A stretch of DNA of 64,000 nucleotides from an uncultured Sangeribacter sp. GTDB taxonomy: Bacteria; Bacteroidota; Bacteroidia; Bacteroidales; Muribaculaceae. The position numbers and the translations under genes were made by a program. The stretch is taken from the NCBI GenBank assembly GCA_964513775.1, contig CAZEOI010000006.1:2175-66174 (forward strand), written 5' to 3'. The notes beneath the pieces are model-generated. The model did not search any database, was not told where the DNA came from, and worked only from the letters and a program-made list of their open reading frames with translations. Below are positions 9,267 through 18,508 of this stretch, piece by piece. Position 1 is the stretch's first letter; each line of letters begins with the position of its first letter.

Positions 9267-11600
9267 TCATTTCATTCCGTCTATGAGTGAGGCATCCCCA
9301 ACCACCCATACTATATCCCCCTCGCGTAGCACGGTTGTTGAATCCGGCTGTTCAAACTCATCTTCTCCTCGTTGCACCTTCACTATCATACTGTAGAAAT
9401 CTGTGCGGAGATTTGTCTTTCCGAGTGGCACATTGATGATCGGGGAATTTGCAGAGAGCTTTATGCTGCGGAGCACGATTTCAGGCTGAGTGACTGTGAG
9501 CGACTTCACAGCTCTCTCCGAGCTTTCTATATCATCGTTAAGCTTCTTTATCTGTTCATCATTACCGATCACTCCGAGTACATCACCGGGGAAAATTCGG
9601 GCATCGATGGAGGGTAGGGGAATAAACATGTCGCCACGCTGGATACTTGACACGCTTACCCCATAGTCGGAGCGTAGTCCGGAGTCTTTGAGTTTATCTC
9701 CCACGAAGGGTGTGCACTGGCCAACTTCAATGAAAGCTTGATGAAGGTCGCTTACGAGCTTATTGTTAAGTCCGAGACGCGTGTTCTCCCGGATGTTTAG
9801 GTTGTTGATAAACTTCTCCTCCATATGTCCGTAGCTGGTTATCAGCTTTGACGATGCAAAAGCCATGATGAGCCCGAATCCGATAAGCCCTGTCACCCAT
9901 GCTATCATCGAATTGTAGGCAATCGTCATAAGGTAGACAATAAAGAGAAGCGTTATCAGGTATCTTATGATGCGCATAGCCACGAGAGGCACTGCATAGA
10001 AGCTTGCGGCATCGTGAAGACGCTTCTTCTCGTCGGGTTTGGTGCCACTGAAAGAGAGGGCTATAAGGAAAGGCAGCATGCACACGAAGGTGATGACTGT
10101 TGCCGAAAGTCGTCCCCATTCTCCGAGGTAGTCCTCACAAAGTGGGAACAGGAATTGACGTGAGACGAGCACAATTGCTAAAAGCACAACTGAATAGAGC
10201 ACTATGCGCCACATATAACGAGATAGGATCTCATGCCATAGACGCTTTGTCTCGCTGGCATCGGTCACCTGTTTCGAATATCTGTCGATAAGGAATGTTA
10301 GCCCTTTGGGAAGATGACGCTCTACAAAGCTATAGGCCGGTTGCGACATCTTTACAAAATAAGGGGTGGTGAAGATCGTGATCACCGACACGGCCACTAT
10401 GATTGGATATAGACTTTCCTGAAGCACGCCGAGGCTCATGCCGAGCGACGCTATGATGAAAGAGAACTCACCGACCTGAGTGAGGGTGAAACCGCTCTCG
10501 ATAGCCACTTTGAGCGACTGTCCCGTAGCAAGCATACCCAACGTGCCGAACACGATCATACCTACTATCACCACTACAGCCAAAAGCAAGATCTCGCTCC
10601 AATACGTAGCGAGGATGGCAGGATCTACCATCATGCCCACGGAGATGAAGAATACGGCTCCGAAAAGATCTTTCACCGGTTGCACCACTTTCTCCATTGA
10701 CTCTGCCACCATGGTGCCTGCGAGAATCGAACCCATGACGAAGGCTCCTAACTCAAGGGAGAATCCACACATCACCGAGAAAATGGCCATCGAGAAGCAT
10801 AGCCCCATCGCCACCACAAGGAGTGTCTCGGAATTAAGATAGCTTTTCACGCGGGTGAAGAATGTAGGAAGCACGTAGACGCCCACCACAAACCAGATTA
10901 TAAGGAAGAATAGGAGTTTGCCTACAGAGAAGAGCAAATCCTTACCCTCCACATTGCCCATTGCCAGCGAAGATAGAAGCACCAGCATAAGCACGGCGAA
11001 GAGGTCTTCTATGATAAGCACGGCAAGCACGAGCGACGCGAATTTCTTCTGCCTGAGTCCTAAGTCGGATAGGGTCTTGAGGATAATGGTGGTCGACGAC
11101 ATTGAGATCATACCGCCGAGAAATATGCAGTTGATTGAGTTGAGTTGCAAGATCTTTCCCACTCCGAATCCTGCGAAAGTCATGCCGCAGATTATTATGA
11201 GTGCCGTTATTACGGCTGAGGAGCCGGAATTCATGAGTTTCTTGAAACTGAACTCCAGACCTAAAGTAAACATCAGCACGACAATGCCGAGATCTGCCCA
11301 AAACTCAATATTGTCAAGATTGGAGATGGAGGGGAGATAGACAAATTTGGGACTGGCGAGAAATCCGGCAAGGATATATCCGAGCACCACGGGCTGCTTC
11401 ATTTTCTTGAAAAGAAGAGTCACGATAGCGCCTAAAAGTAGAATCCATGCAAGATCTGCAATCAGGCCATTGGTGTGATCTTCGCCTGAATTATGTTGCG
11501 CAGCCTCTCCGTTGATCTCTGTTTGAGCCTGCGTTGCCAACTGTTCGATGGTGGTTGTTTCGGTTGATTGAAACAGGGCGTCGATAGGGAGGTTTATCAT
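9267..11600 (-). CDS. CPA2 monovalent cation:proton antiporter with TrkA-C domains
   Basis: [38 protein letters not shown]-terminal TrkA-C-like repeats. Confidence 0.92.
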   Translation of the reverse strand: MINLPIDALFQSTETTTIEQLATQAQTEINGEAAQHNSGEDHTNGLIADLAWILLLGAIVTLLFKKMKQPVVLGYILAGFLASPKFVYLPSISNLDNIEFWADLGIVVLMFTLGLEFSFKKLMNSGSSAVITALIIICGMTFAGFGVGKILQLNSINCIFLGGMISMSSTTIILKTLSDLGLRQKKFASLVLAVLIIEDLFAVLMLVLLSSLAMGNVEGKDLLFSVGKLLFFLIIWFVVGVYVLPTFFTRVKSYLNSETLLVVAMGLCFSMAIFSVMCGFSLELGAFVMGSILAGTMVAESMEKVVQPVKDLFGAVFFISVGMMVDPAILATYWSEILLLAVVVIVGMIVFGTLGMLATGQSLKVAIESGFTLTQVGEFSFIIASLGMSLGVLQESLYPIIVAVSVITIFTTPYFVKMSQPAYSFVERHLPKGLTFLIDRYSKQVTDASETKRLWHEILSRYMWRIVLYSVVLLAIVLVSRQFLFPLCEDYLGEWGRLSATVITFVCMLPFLIALSFSGTKPDEKKRLHDAASFYAVPLVAMRIIRYLITLLFIVYLMTIAYNSMIAWVTGLIGFGLIMAFASSKLITSYGHMEEKFINNLNIRENTRLGLNNKLVSDLHQAFIEVGQCTPFVGDKLKDSGLRSDYGVSVSSIQRGDMFIPLPSIDARIFPGDVLGVIGNDEQIKKLNDDIESSERAVKSLTVTQPEIVLRSIKLSANSPIINVPLGKTNLRTDFYSMIVKVQRGEDEFEQPDSTTVLREGDIVWVVGDASLIDGMK

Positions 11601-11620
11601 TATTAAAAGAATTATGAGAA

Positions 11621-12775
11621 TTAACTTGATTTGTCGGGGTTGGAATGGTCGGCATTCATTGCCTCTTTATCATGATTCGTGGCTGAATATTGGTTCACCA
11701 CATATTGATTGTAATATGAAAGCAGGAGGGTGGTGAGAGGTAGGGCTATGATCAGCCCCATGAAACCCAAAAGCGAACCCCAAACAGAAAGGGAGAGCAG
11801 GATAATGGCGGGATTGAGACCCATGGCTTTACCCATTATCTTTGGAGTTAGGTAGAGGTCCTGAATACACTGAACGATAATGTAGACGGCCATACTTTCC
11901 CAGAATATCACCCAGAAATCCACTCCGGTGCTCGCCGTGCAGACTATGCAGAGCACTGCCGTGATCGGGAGGGAGATAAGCTGAAGATAGGGCACCATAT
12001 TCAGCATACCGATGAAGAGGCCGAGTATAACCCCCATCGGCAATCCGATTATGAGGAAGCCTATGGCAAAAAGTATCCCCACGAGAAAAGCGATCACAAA
12101 CTGGCCACGAAAATAGCGGTTCATGGCATTTTTTATATCTGAGGCCACTTGATACGTGCGTTCCCTATGGCGCATAGGCACCAATTGGCGAAAGCTGAGC
12201 ATGATCCTTTCATAGTCGAGCATAATGAAAATCACATATAGAATCACTATAAGCCAGCTGAGAAGCCCCAACAGGAATGCCAGACCGGAGCTCAAAAAAC
12301 TCCATGATGAAGATAGCGTGCTCTTGAGCAGTGATTTCCATTCATCGCGTGAGAGCAGTTTTGAGATTTCATTTGGGTCGAGATAGTCTCTTAGAAATTC
12401 ATGTATCTGGCTTGATACATAGGGAATTTGAATCTGTTTCGTGGCATAATCGCGAATCATCTTGGTCATTTCGGTGGTCTCCGAAATCAGATAGGGCACA
12501 AATATTCCACAGAATACGGCAAGAGCGACGCAAGCCTCAAGAAGAGTCAGCATAACCGGTAAAAAACGGTTTTTTGAATGGGTCCACTTCATGTTCCAGG
12601 TCACCACGGGCTCCAGCATATAGGCAATAAGGCAAGCCACGAGGAAAGGAAGAAGAACCCCTTTCAGGCTGTCGAGAAAAAAGATAACCGCCACAAGTGT
12701 GCATACGGTGAAGAGAATGCGAACCACTCTGTCGAAAGTGTAGGGTCTACGTGGAGGCAGATTGGTAGTAGTCAT
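11621..12775 (-). CDS. AI-2E family transporter
   Basis: YMLEPVV, RYFRGQ, PKIMGKAMGLNP, LGFMGLIIALPL. Confidence 0.92.
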   Translation of the reverse strand: MTTTNLPPRRPYTFDRVVRILFTVCTLVAVIFFLDSLKGVLLPFLVACLIAYMLEPVVTWNMKWTHSKNRFLPVMLTLLEACVALAVFCGIFVPYLISETTEMTKMIRDYATKQIQIPYVSSQIHEFLRDYLDPNEISKLLSRDEWKSLLKSTLSSSWSFLSSGLAFLLGLLSWLIVILYVIFIMLDYERIMLSFRQLVPMRHRERTYQVASDIKNAMNRYFRGQFVIAFLVGILFAIGFLIIGLPMGVILGLFIGMLNMVPYLQLISLPITAVLCIVCTASTGVDFWVIFWESMAVYIIVQCIQDLYLTPKIMGKAMGLNPAIILLSLSVWGSLLGFMGLIIALPLTTLLLSYYNQYVVNQYSATNHDKEAMNADHSNPDKSS

Positions 12776-13030
12776 TTAGATTACATAATTGGGTTGAGAG
12801 CGTAAAATTAGCAACAATTTCGCAAGTATCAAAAAAAGACTGAATAGAAATTGGAAAAAACTTGTTAACTTTGCGATGAAGTTGCTTAAACTTCATCCGC
12901 TGTATTCAGTCAACTTTGTAAGCAATCAACGAAGCCCCGGAGCCTGCATGCCATATACTCGGCCATAAGTTTTCTTGGCGAGCCGGAGGAAGATGGCAAT
13001 GGTGGCCGAAGTTTCATTTAACAATACCTT

Positions 13031-14413
13031 ATGTCAGCAATAAAATTTGACAGGAAATCTTTTTTAGTATTGATTCTTACGGCTGCGATGGCCTTCGCCT
13101 CATATGCCGTGTCGCCGCAAGATGCGGTGGCCTCTTTTCTCCGCTCAAGCGGAGTGAATCCCGGATCAGTGGCTGTGAAGATCACGGATCTATCCAATGG
13201 TAAGACCATCGGACGCCACAACAACGATCGTCCTCTTGTGCCGGCCTCGATAATGAAGTCGGTCACGACGGCCGCCTTGCTCAGAACCTGTGGTCCCGAT
13301 TTCCGTTATCGCACCAATGTCTATACCGACGGACCCGTAAAAATGGGTATTCTCCGTGGTAATCTCATAATAGAGGGAGCTTGTGACCCGGCTCTTAATT
13401 CCATGTCGGAACCCTATGGCACTGACATCCTTAAGGAGATTGTAGACGAGCTTCAGAAAGCCGGCATCACTAAGATTGAAGGAGCCGTCATTATTGATGA
13501 GAATCAGTTTGCCGGTCCATCGCGTCCCTCATCATGGGCACAGGGCGACTTCTCCCAGTCGTATGGCACAGGATCGCATGCCTTGAACTTTGAGAACAAT
13601 TCCTCCGGCCGCCGTTCCGTAGAGAATCCCAAGGCGTTGTTCCTCAGTCGTCTGAAAAGCTCTCTTTCCAAAGCCGGAATATTGCTCGATGGTAAAGATC
13701 TTGGAGAGGGGGAGCGCACTCTCCTTTTCGCCCATGCCTCTCCCGGCATCGACGACATAATGCGCAGTTGCATGATGCGTAGCGACAATCTCTTTGCTGA
13801 ATCCATGTTGCGCACCTATGGCAAGCTCAACGGGGGCGACGGCTCAACGGCAGATGCCGCTGAGAAGGAGTATGCAATGTGGAAGAAAAAGGGTATGCCG
13901 CTCGATGGGGTCACTATAATTGACGGTTCCGGCCTTTCACGTTCCAATCGTGTCACGGCTGACTTTATGACCTCTGTGCTCACCTCTATGGCTGATAACG
14001 AGGTGTATGCCTCTTTCTTTCCTTTGGCCGGACAGGAGGGCACACTGAAAAGCTTCCTCGCAAATACTCCCCTCGACAGCTATATAGCTATGAAGACAGG
14101 CAGTATGAAGGGGATACAGTGTTACGCCGGCTACCTGCTTGATGAGAACTATGCTCCCACACATACTGTGGTGATTATCATGAATGATATAAACGGTAGC
14201 CGCGATAGAGCCAAGAAAGCTGCCCAGGAGATGCTGCTTGGTATTTTTGCAGATAAGGTGACTCCACAGGGTGAAGATGAAGATATCAACCTTACTGATT
14301 CTGTGGTTGTAGCCGATTCAATAGTGGAGATAGTGGAACCGGCCACCGAGGAAACCGAGGTTGAGATTGAGGAAACCGAGATAGAAATCGAGGAGCATTA
14401 TCTATGTATATGA
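13031..14413 (+). CDS. dacB: D-Ala-D-Ala carboxypeptidase/endopeptidase (PBP4, peptidase S13)
   Basis: PASIMK (SxxK), SDN, DGSGLSR, KTGS; acidic C-terminal tail. Confidence 0.93.
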   Translation: MSAIKFDRKSFLVLILTAAMAFASYAVSPQDAVASFLRSSGVNPGSVAVKITDLSNGKTIGRHNNDRPLVPASIMKSVTTAALLRTCGPDFRYRTNVYTDGPVKMGILRGNLIIEGACDPALNSMSEPYGTDILKEIVDELQKAGITKIEGAVIIDENQFAGPSRPSSWAQGDFSQSYGTGSHALNFENNSSGRRSVENPKALFLSRLKSSLSKAGILLDGKDLGEGERTLLFAHASPGIDDIMRSCMMRSDNLFAESMLRTYGKLNGGDGSTADAAEKEYAMWKKKGMPLDGVTIIDGSGLSRSNRVTADFMTSVLTSMADNEVYASFFPLAGQEGTLKSFLANTPLDSYIAMKTGSMKGIQCYAGYLLDENYAPTHTVVIIMNDINGSRDRAKKAAQEMLLGIFADKVTPQGEDEDINLTDSVVVADSIVEIVEPATEETEVEIEETEIEIEEHYLCI

Positions 14414-14428
14414 TTTAAAAATTGAGAT

Positions 14429-15490
14429 ATGAGGAAGGAGAATCTTGAGAAGCTGCTCGACAGCATCTATGAATTAGAGGGACTTGTGCATCTGGCTATT
14501 AGCCGGGATGACGAACCTGCCATGCTTCCGGAGCTTATCAGAAGAAAGAGCCGTGAGCTGTTGGAGCATGCTACGCTTGCCACAAAAGCCGACGAAAAAC
14601 TCGAAACAGAATTTTCAAAACCTGTAGACCAAGATATAGCACCCACACCGGAGAAGATAGTTACGGTCGAGACGGTTGAAACTACTGTCGTCAACACGCA
14701 AGACCACGAACCTGAAACGCCGGTGGAGACTGAACCGGTAGCTGACGAAGAGAAACCGGTGTCGATGGAAGTTGCGCAGAAAGCGATCGAATCTCAACAT
14801 GCTACAATGGAAGCAGCCTATCCGGCAGTGCATGCCACCCCGGTCGATGTCAGGGAGCCGGAGCCTGTTGTTGATGATGTTACATCGCCGACGATAGTGT
14901 CTGAAACCATCATAGAGGAAGATGATGTCGAGGTGAGGAATGTCCCATACACAGAGGGTATGGAGGAGGATCTTGTTTCGACGGTTTCTATCGGATCGGA
15001 TGAGGTGGATATGACAACTACATCCCTGAAGGTCGATGGTCCGATTAAATCAGAACCGGCTTACAGGGTAAATGCTACACCGAAGACAGAACCGGCTTAT
15101 CGGGTAAATGCTACACCGAAGGCAGAACCGGATTATAGGGTAAATGCTACACCGAAGACAGAACCGGCTTATCGGGATGATGCTGCTCCCAAGCCTGAGA
15201 AAACATCAAGAGTGGAGAAAGAGGTATCAAAAGTGGAGAATGAGACATATAAGTTTGATGAATTTACAGAGCCCAGAGGGCGGCTTGTTTTCAGTATCAA
15301 CGACCGTTACCGTTTCCGTCGTGAGTTATTCAACGGCTCTGATGTAGATTTCAATACTACGCTCTCACTTGTGGCTTCTATGGATGATTATGAGGAGGCG
15401 CAAGATTATTTCCTCGATGAGCTTCAGTGGGATGAGAAATCGCCCGATGTGATTGATTTCCTTGAGATTCTCAAAAATTATTTCAAGTAA
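14429..15490 (+). CDS. Hypothetical protein with acidic/Pro-rich linker and 12-aa tandem repeats
   Basis: C-terminal FSINDRYRFRRELF domain typical of a Bacteroidales conserved protein; overlaps the rsmI start. Confidence 0.75.
   Translation: MRKENLEKLLDSIYELEGLVHLAISRDDEPAMLPELIRRKSRELLEHATLATKADEKLETEFSKPVDQDIAPTPEKIVTVETVETTVVNTQDHEPETPVETEPVADEEKPVSMEVAQKAIESQHATMEAAYPAVHATPVDVREPEPVVDDVTSPTIVSETIIEEDDVEVRNVPYTEGMEEDLVSTVSIGSDEVDMTTTSLKVDGPIKSEPAYRVNATPKTEPAYRVNATPKAEPDYRVNATPKTEPAYRDDAAPKPEKTSRVEKEVSKVENETYKFDEFTEPRGRLVFSINDRYRFRRELFNGSDVDFNTTLSLVASMDDYEEAQDYFLDELQWDEKSPDVIDFLEILKNYFK
15051..15194 (+). repeat. Intragenic 36-bp tandem repeat, 4 units
   Basis: CAGAACCGGCTTAyvGGGTAAATGCTACACCGAAGA units at 15051, 15087, 15123 and 15159 (last one degenerate), encoding EPAYRVNATPKT. 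Confidence 0.95.
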
Positions 15491-16239
15491 TGGCCGGCAA
15501 ATTATATATAGTGCCTACCCCTGTAGGTAATCTTGAAGATATGACATTCCGCGCCATTAAGGTGCTGAAAGAGGCTGATCTTATCTTGGCTGAGGATACG
15601 CGTACATCAGGAGTGCTCCTGAAGCATTTCGATATCCACACGCCTATGCGCAGTCATCATAAATTCAATGAACATGAGGAGGCTCCCAAAATTGCAGAGA
15701 GAATCCTCGGAGGAGAAAACATTGCCCTCATTTCAGATGCAGGCACCCCCGGCATCTCTGATCCGGGATTTATGTTGAGCAGGGAGTGTGCGAAGATTGG
15801 AGTTGAGGTGGAGTGTCTTCCCGGCGCCACGGCATTCGTGCCAGCACTTGTAGCCTCCGGTCTACCTTGCGACCGTTTTGTGTTTGAGGGTTTCCTTCCC
15901 CCAAAAAAGGGACGTGCGACCCGTCTCTCGATCCTGGCTGCTGATCCGCGAACGGTGGTGATCTATGAATCGCCCAAACGTCTTGGCCGAACTCTCAGGC
16001 AACTTGCGGAATGGTTTGGAGGGGAAAGAGAGGCATGTGTGTGTCGTGAGATTTCGAAGCTTCATGAAACTTTCCATAGAGGCTCTTTGGATGAGCTTGA
16101 AAAATATTTTGCAGTGAACCAAGCAAAGGGAGAGATTGTTATAGTTGTCAAAGGTAACGACGGGAAGGAGAATGTCGGGTCTGATTGTAAAGACCGATCT
16201 GCCGACATGGATTCCGATCCTGACGAGACCGATGAATGA
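15490..16239 (+). CDS. rsmI: 16S rRNA C1402 2'-O-methyltransferase
   Basis: LYIVPTPVGNLEDMTFRA, AEDTR, SDAGTPGISDPG, FEGFLP, REISKLHE. Confidence 0.96.
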   Translation: MAGKLYIVPTPVGNLEDMTFRAIKVLKEADLILAEDTRTSGVLLKHFDIHTPMRSHHKFNEHEEAPKIAERILGGENIALISDAGTPGISDPGFMLSRECAKIGVEVECLPGATAFVPALVASGLPCDRFVFEGFLPPKKGRATRLSILAADPRTVVIYESPKRLGRTLRQLAEWFGGEREACVCREISKLHETFHRGSLDELEKYFAVNQAKGEIVIVVKGNDGKENVGSDCKDRSADMDSDPDETDE

Positions 16240-16277
16240 ATCCCTTTAAGCTGTAAAAACTAAAAGAAAAACATATT

Positions 16278-17141
16278 ATGAAGAAAAGCTTAATCCTTTT
16301 AGGAATCGGAGCTGCGATGCTCGCTTCCTGCTCTGGCAATAGCCAGAAGATTGCTGAAGATTCAGCACGTATTGCCGAACTTTCTGCTGAATATGCAGAG
16401 GCAAGTAGTTTCAACGATTCGTTGATGCTCCTTATGGGCGACATCTATACAGGTCTTGATTCCATCAATATGCAGGAGGGCCTCCTTTATAATATGGGTG
16501 CCGGAGAATCGGTCGACCGTCGTGCGGAGATTCGTCAGAATCTTGCCAATATTAAGGCTCGCCTTGAGTCAAACCGTAAGCTCCTCTCGGATATGGAAGC
16601 TCGACTCAAGAAGAGCGATAATCAGAACAGTGTGCACCTGAAGACAATCGAACAGCTCAAGGGTCGTATCGCCTCTCAGGATCAGAAGATAGCGCAGCTC
16701 GAAAGCGATCTCAGCAACGCCAAGGCGGAGATCGAGACTTTGAACGCTCATGTGGCTCAGTCTGCTGTTGACCTTGCCGCCGAGCAGGAGGCTAAGGAGA
16801 AAGCTCAGGCAGAAGCTGAGGCTGCCGAGAATGCTGCGAATACCGTTTATTATGCCATCGGCACCAATAAGGAGCTCAAGAAGAATGACCTCCTTGAGAA
16901 GAAGTTCCTCGGACAGACAAAGGTGTTGAAGGGTGATTTCAACGAGTCTTATTTCACCAAAGCCGACAAGCGCACTCTATCAGTGATACCCACCGGTTCA
17001 AAGAAGGTGAAGATCTGGACAAATATGCCTGAGGATTCATACACTATTTTAGAGAATGCCGATAAGACCAAGACTATCAAGATCACTAATCCCACCGAGT
17101 TCTGGAGCATGACTCCGTATCTTGTGATTCAGGTTGACTGA
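16278..17141 (+). CDS. Coiled-coil lipoprotein, Cbp1 collagen-binding adhesin-like
   Basis: Lipobox LASC, long coiled coil, C-terminal NTVYYAIGTNKELK...FNESYFTK; position after rsmI. Confidence 0.65.
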   Translation: MKKSLILLGIGAAMLASCSGNSQKIAEDSARIAELSAEYAEASSFNDSLMLLMGDIYTGLDSINMQEGLLYNMGAGESVDRRAEIRQNLANIKARLESNRKLLSDMEARLKKSDNQNSVHLKTIEQLKGRIASQDQKIAQLESDLSNAKAEIETLNAHVAQSAVDLAAEQEAKEKAQAEAEAAENAANTVYYAIGTNKELKKNDLLEKKFLGQTKVLKGDFNESYFTKADKRTLSVIPTGSKKVKIWTNMPEDSYTILENADKTKTIKITNPTEFWSMTPYLVIQVD

Positions 17142-17261
17142 TTTTGATGTGGATTTTACTAAATATCCCGATATTGTATCATTGAATATATAAGGACACG
17201 AATCATATAAGGGCACGGCCTTCCGGTCGCGCCCTTTAGATTTAAATTCAGACCGCTTCAT

Positions 17262-17416
17262 TAAGTATGTGTCAGATACTAATGATATAATGGTATGGAT
17301 GATAGTTGCGACCGTTTTGAAGACGTAATATGGTTCTGTTATAACTGAAAACCGGTTTCAAAGATCGCCATATAGAGCGATCAGGAATATATCAATTAAT
17401 TTGTGATACATACTTA
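17262..17416. mobile_element. MITE-like element, family A, copy 1
   Basis: TAAGTATGTGTCA...TGATACATACTTA terminal inverted repeats; internal sequence homologous to 18189-18355. Confidence 0.75.
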
Positions 17417-17437
17417 CATACTTTCATACTTACTTAT

Positions 17438-17965
17438 ATGGTGATAAATAGAAAAAGAATTTTTATAAGAGTGTTGTCAGTGATTTGTCTGGGAGCACTT
17501 TTTGCAGGGTGTAAGCCAACCGAAAAGAATTATCAGGCTGCATATCAAGCTGCGCAAAACAAAAGAAAGGCCGATGCCGCAGTTGACCCTGATATGGCGA
17601 TCCCGGCTAAAGCTCTGCAGAGTTTTGACGCTCCGCGCACTAAAGAGGTGGATGGTGAACAACTGAGATTGAAGCGATTCTTTATCAAATATATTGGTAA
17701 AGGGGATGCTCCCGAGATAGGTAGGCTTAATGTGGCGGTGGCTAAATACAAGATGCCAACCAATGTCATAGCCCAGACAGAAGATCTTCGTGCTTCCGGC
17801 TTGAATGCTTTTCCGGTGGAGGGTTCCGACGGATCGTTCTATGTGATAGCGGGCTCATTCCCAACATATGAGGAGGCTTCCGGTTTCATAAAGGAATATA
17901 AGAAAAAGCATCCGGCCTCCTCTTTCGTGGGTCTCGACGGAGAGCCCCTTGTAATCGAGCGTTAG
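17438..17965 (+). CDS. SPOR-domain-like lipoprotein
   Basis: LFAGC-KPTEKNYQAAY; C-terminal FYVIAGSFPTYEEA. Confidence 0.65.
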   Translation: MVINRKRIFIRVLSVICLGALFAGCKPTEKNYQAAYQAAQNKRKADAAVDPDMAIPAKALQSFDAPRTKEVDGEQLRLKRFFIKYIGKGDAPEIGRLNVAVAKYKMPTNVIAQTEDLRASGLNAFPVEGSDGSFYVIAGSFPTYEEASGFIKEYKKKHPASSFVGLDGEPLVIER

Positions 17966-18112
17966 GAGTTGCAGCGTTCTCATTGAAGGGAGGAAGACTG
18001 TCCGTAATGTGTCTCCTTGAGAAGCAGGGTAGATTGGGCATTGAGTGTAAGTCACATATTTTTTTGTGTGATAATGAAATATTTATTATCTTTACCGAAT
18101 CAAAAATCGGCT

Positions 18113-18146
18113 GGCAGAAGATTTGAGCAGTCTCAATTCTTCTGCC
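18113..18146. terminator. Stem-loop, possible terminator
   Basis: GGCAGAAGATTTGAG-CAGT-CTCAATTCTTCTGCC. Confidence 0.4.
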
Positions 18147-18188
18147 GCTGTGTTTGGGCCATTTCAAGATTTAACGCGTGCGATATTA

Positions 18189-18355
18189 TAAGTATGTGTC
18201 ATAAATTAATGATATAATTGATTGGTGACATATAAGGATGAGATTTGAGACCGTTTTGAAGGCGTAATAGGGTTCTATTATAACTGAAAAACGGTATCAA
18301 AGATCGCCTTAGAGGGCGAGAAGCAATATATTAATTAATTTGTGACACATACTTA
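18189..18355. mobile_element. MITE-like element, family A, copy 2
   Basis: 22-bp TIR with one mismatch: TAAGTATGTGTCATAAATTAAT / ATTAATTTGTGACACATACTTA. Confidence 0.8.
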
Positions 18356-18508
18356 GTAATAGCGATTTTTAATTGAAGCATGCGTTTATAGGCATATGTC
18401 ATAAAGAGAAATTGATTTGTGACATATATCTTAGAGCCTGATTTTAAGAAGTTGTCTAAACTTCTTAAATAAATTTTTTTTGACACTTAACATCAGATAA
18501 ACAAAAGT

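Noticed and set aside
15051..15194. 36-bp repeats as a CRISPR array
   Set aside because: The units are contiguous with no spacers, lie in frame inside a CDS, and no cas genes are present.
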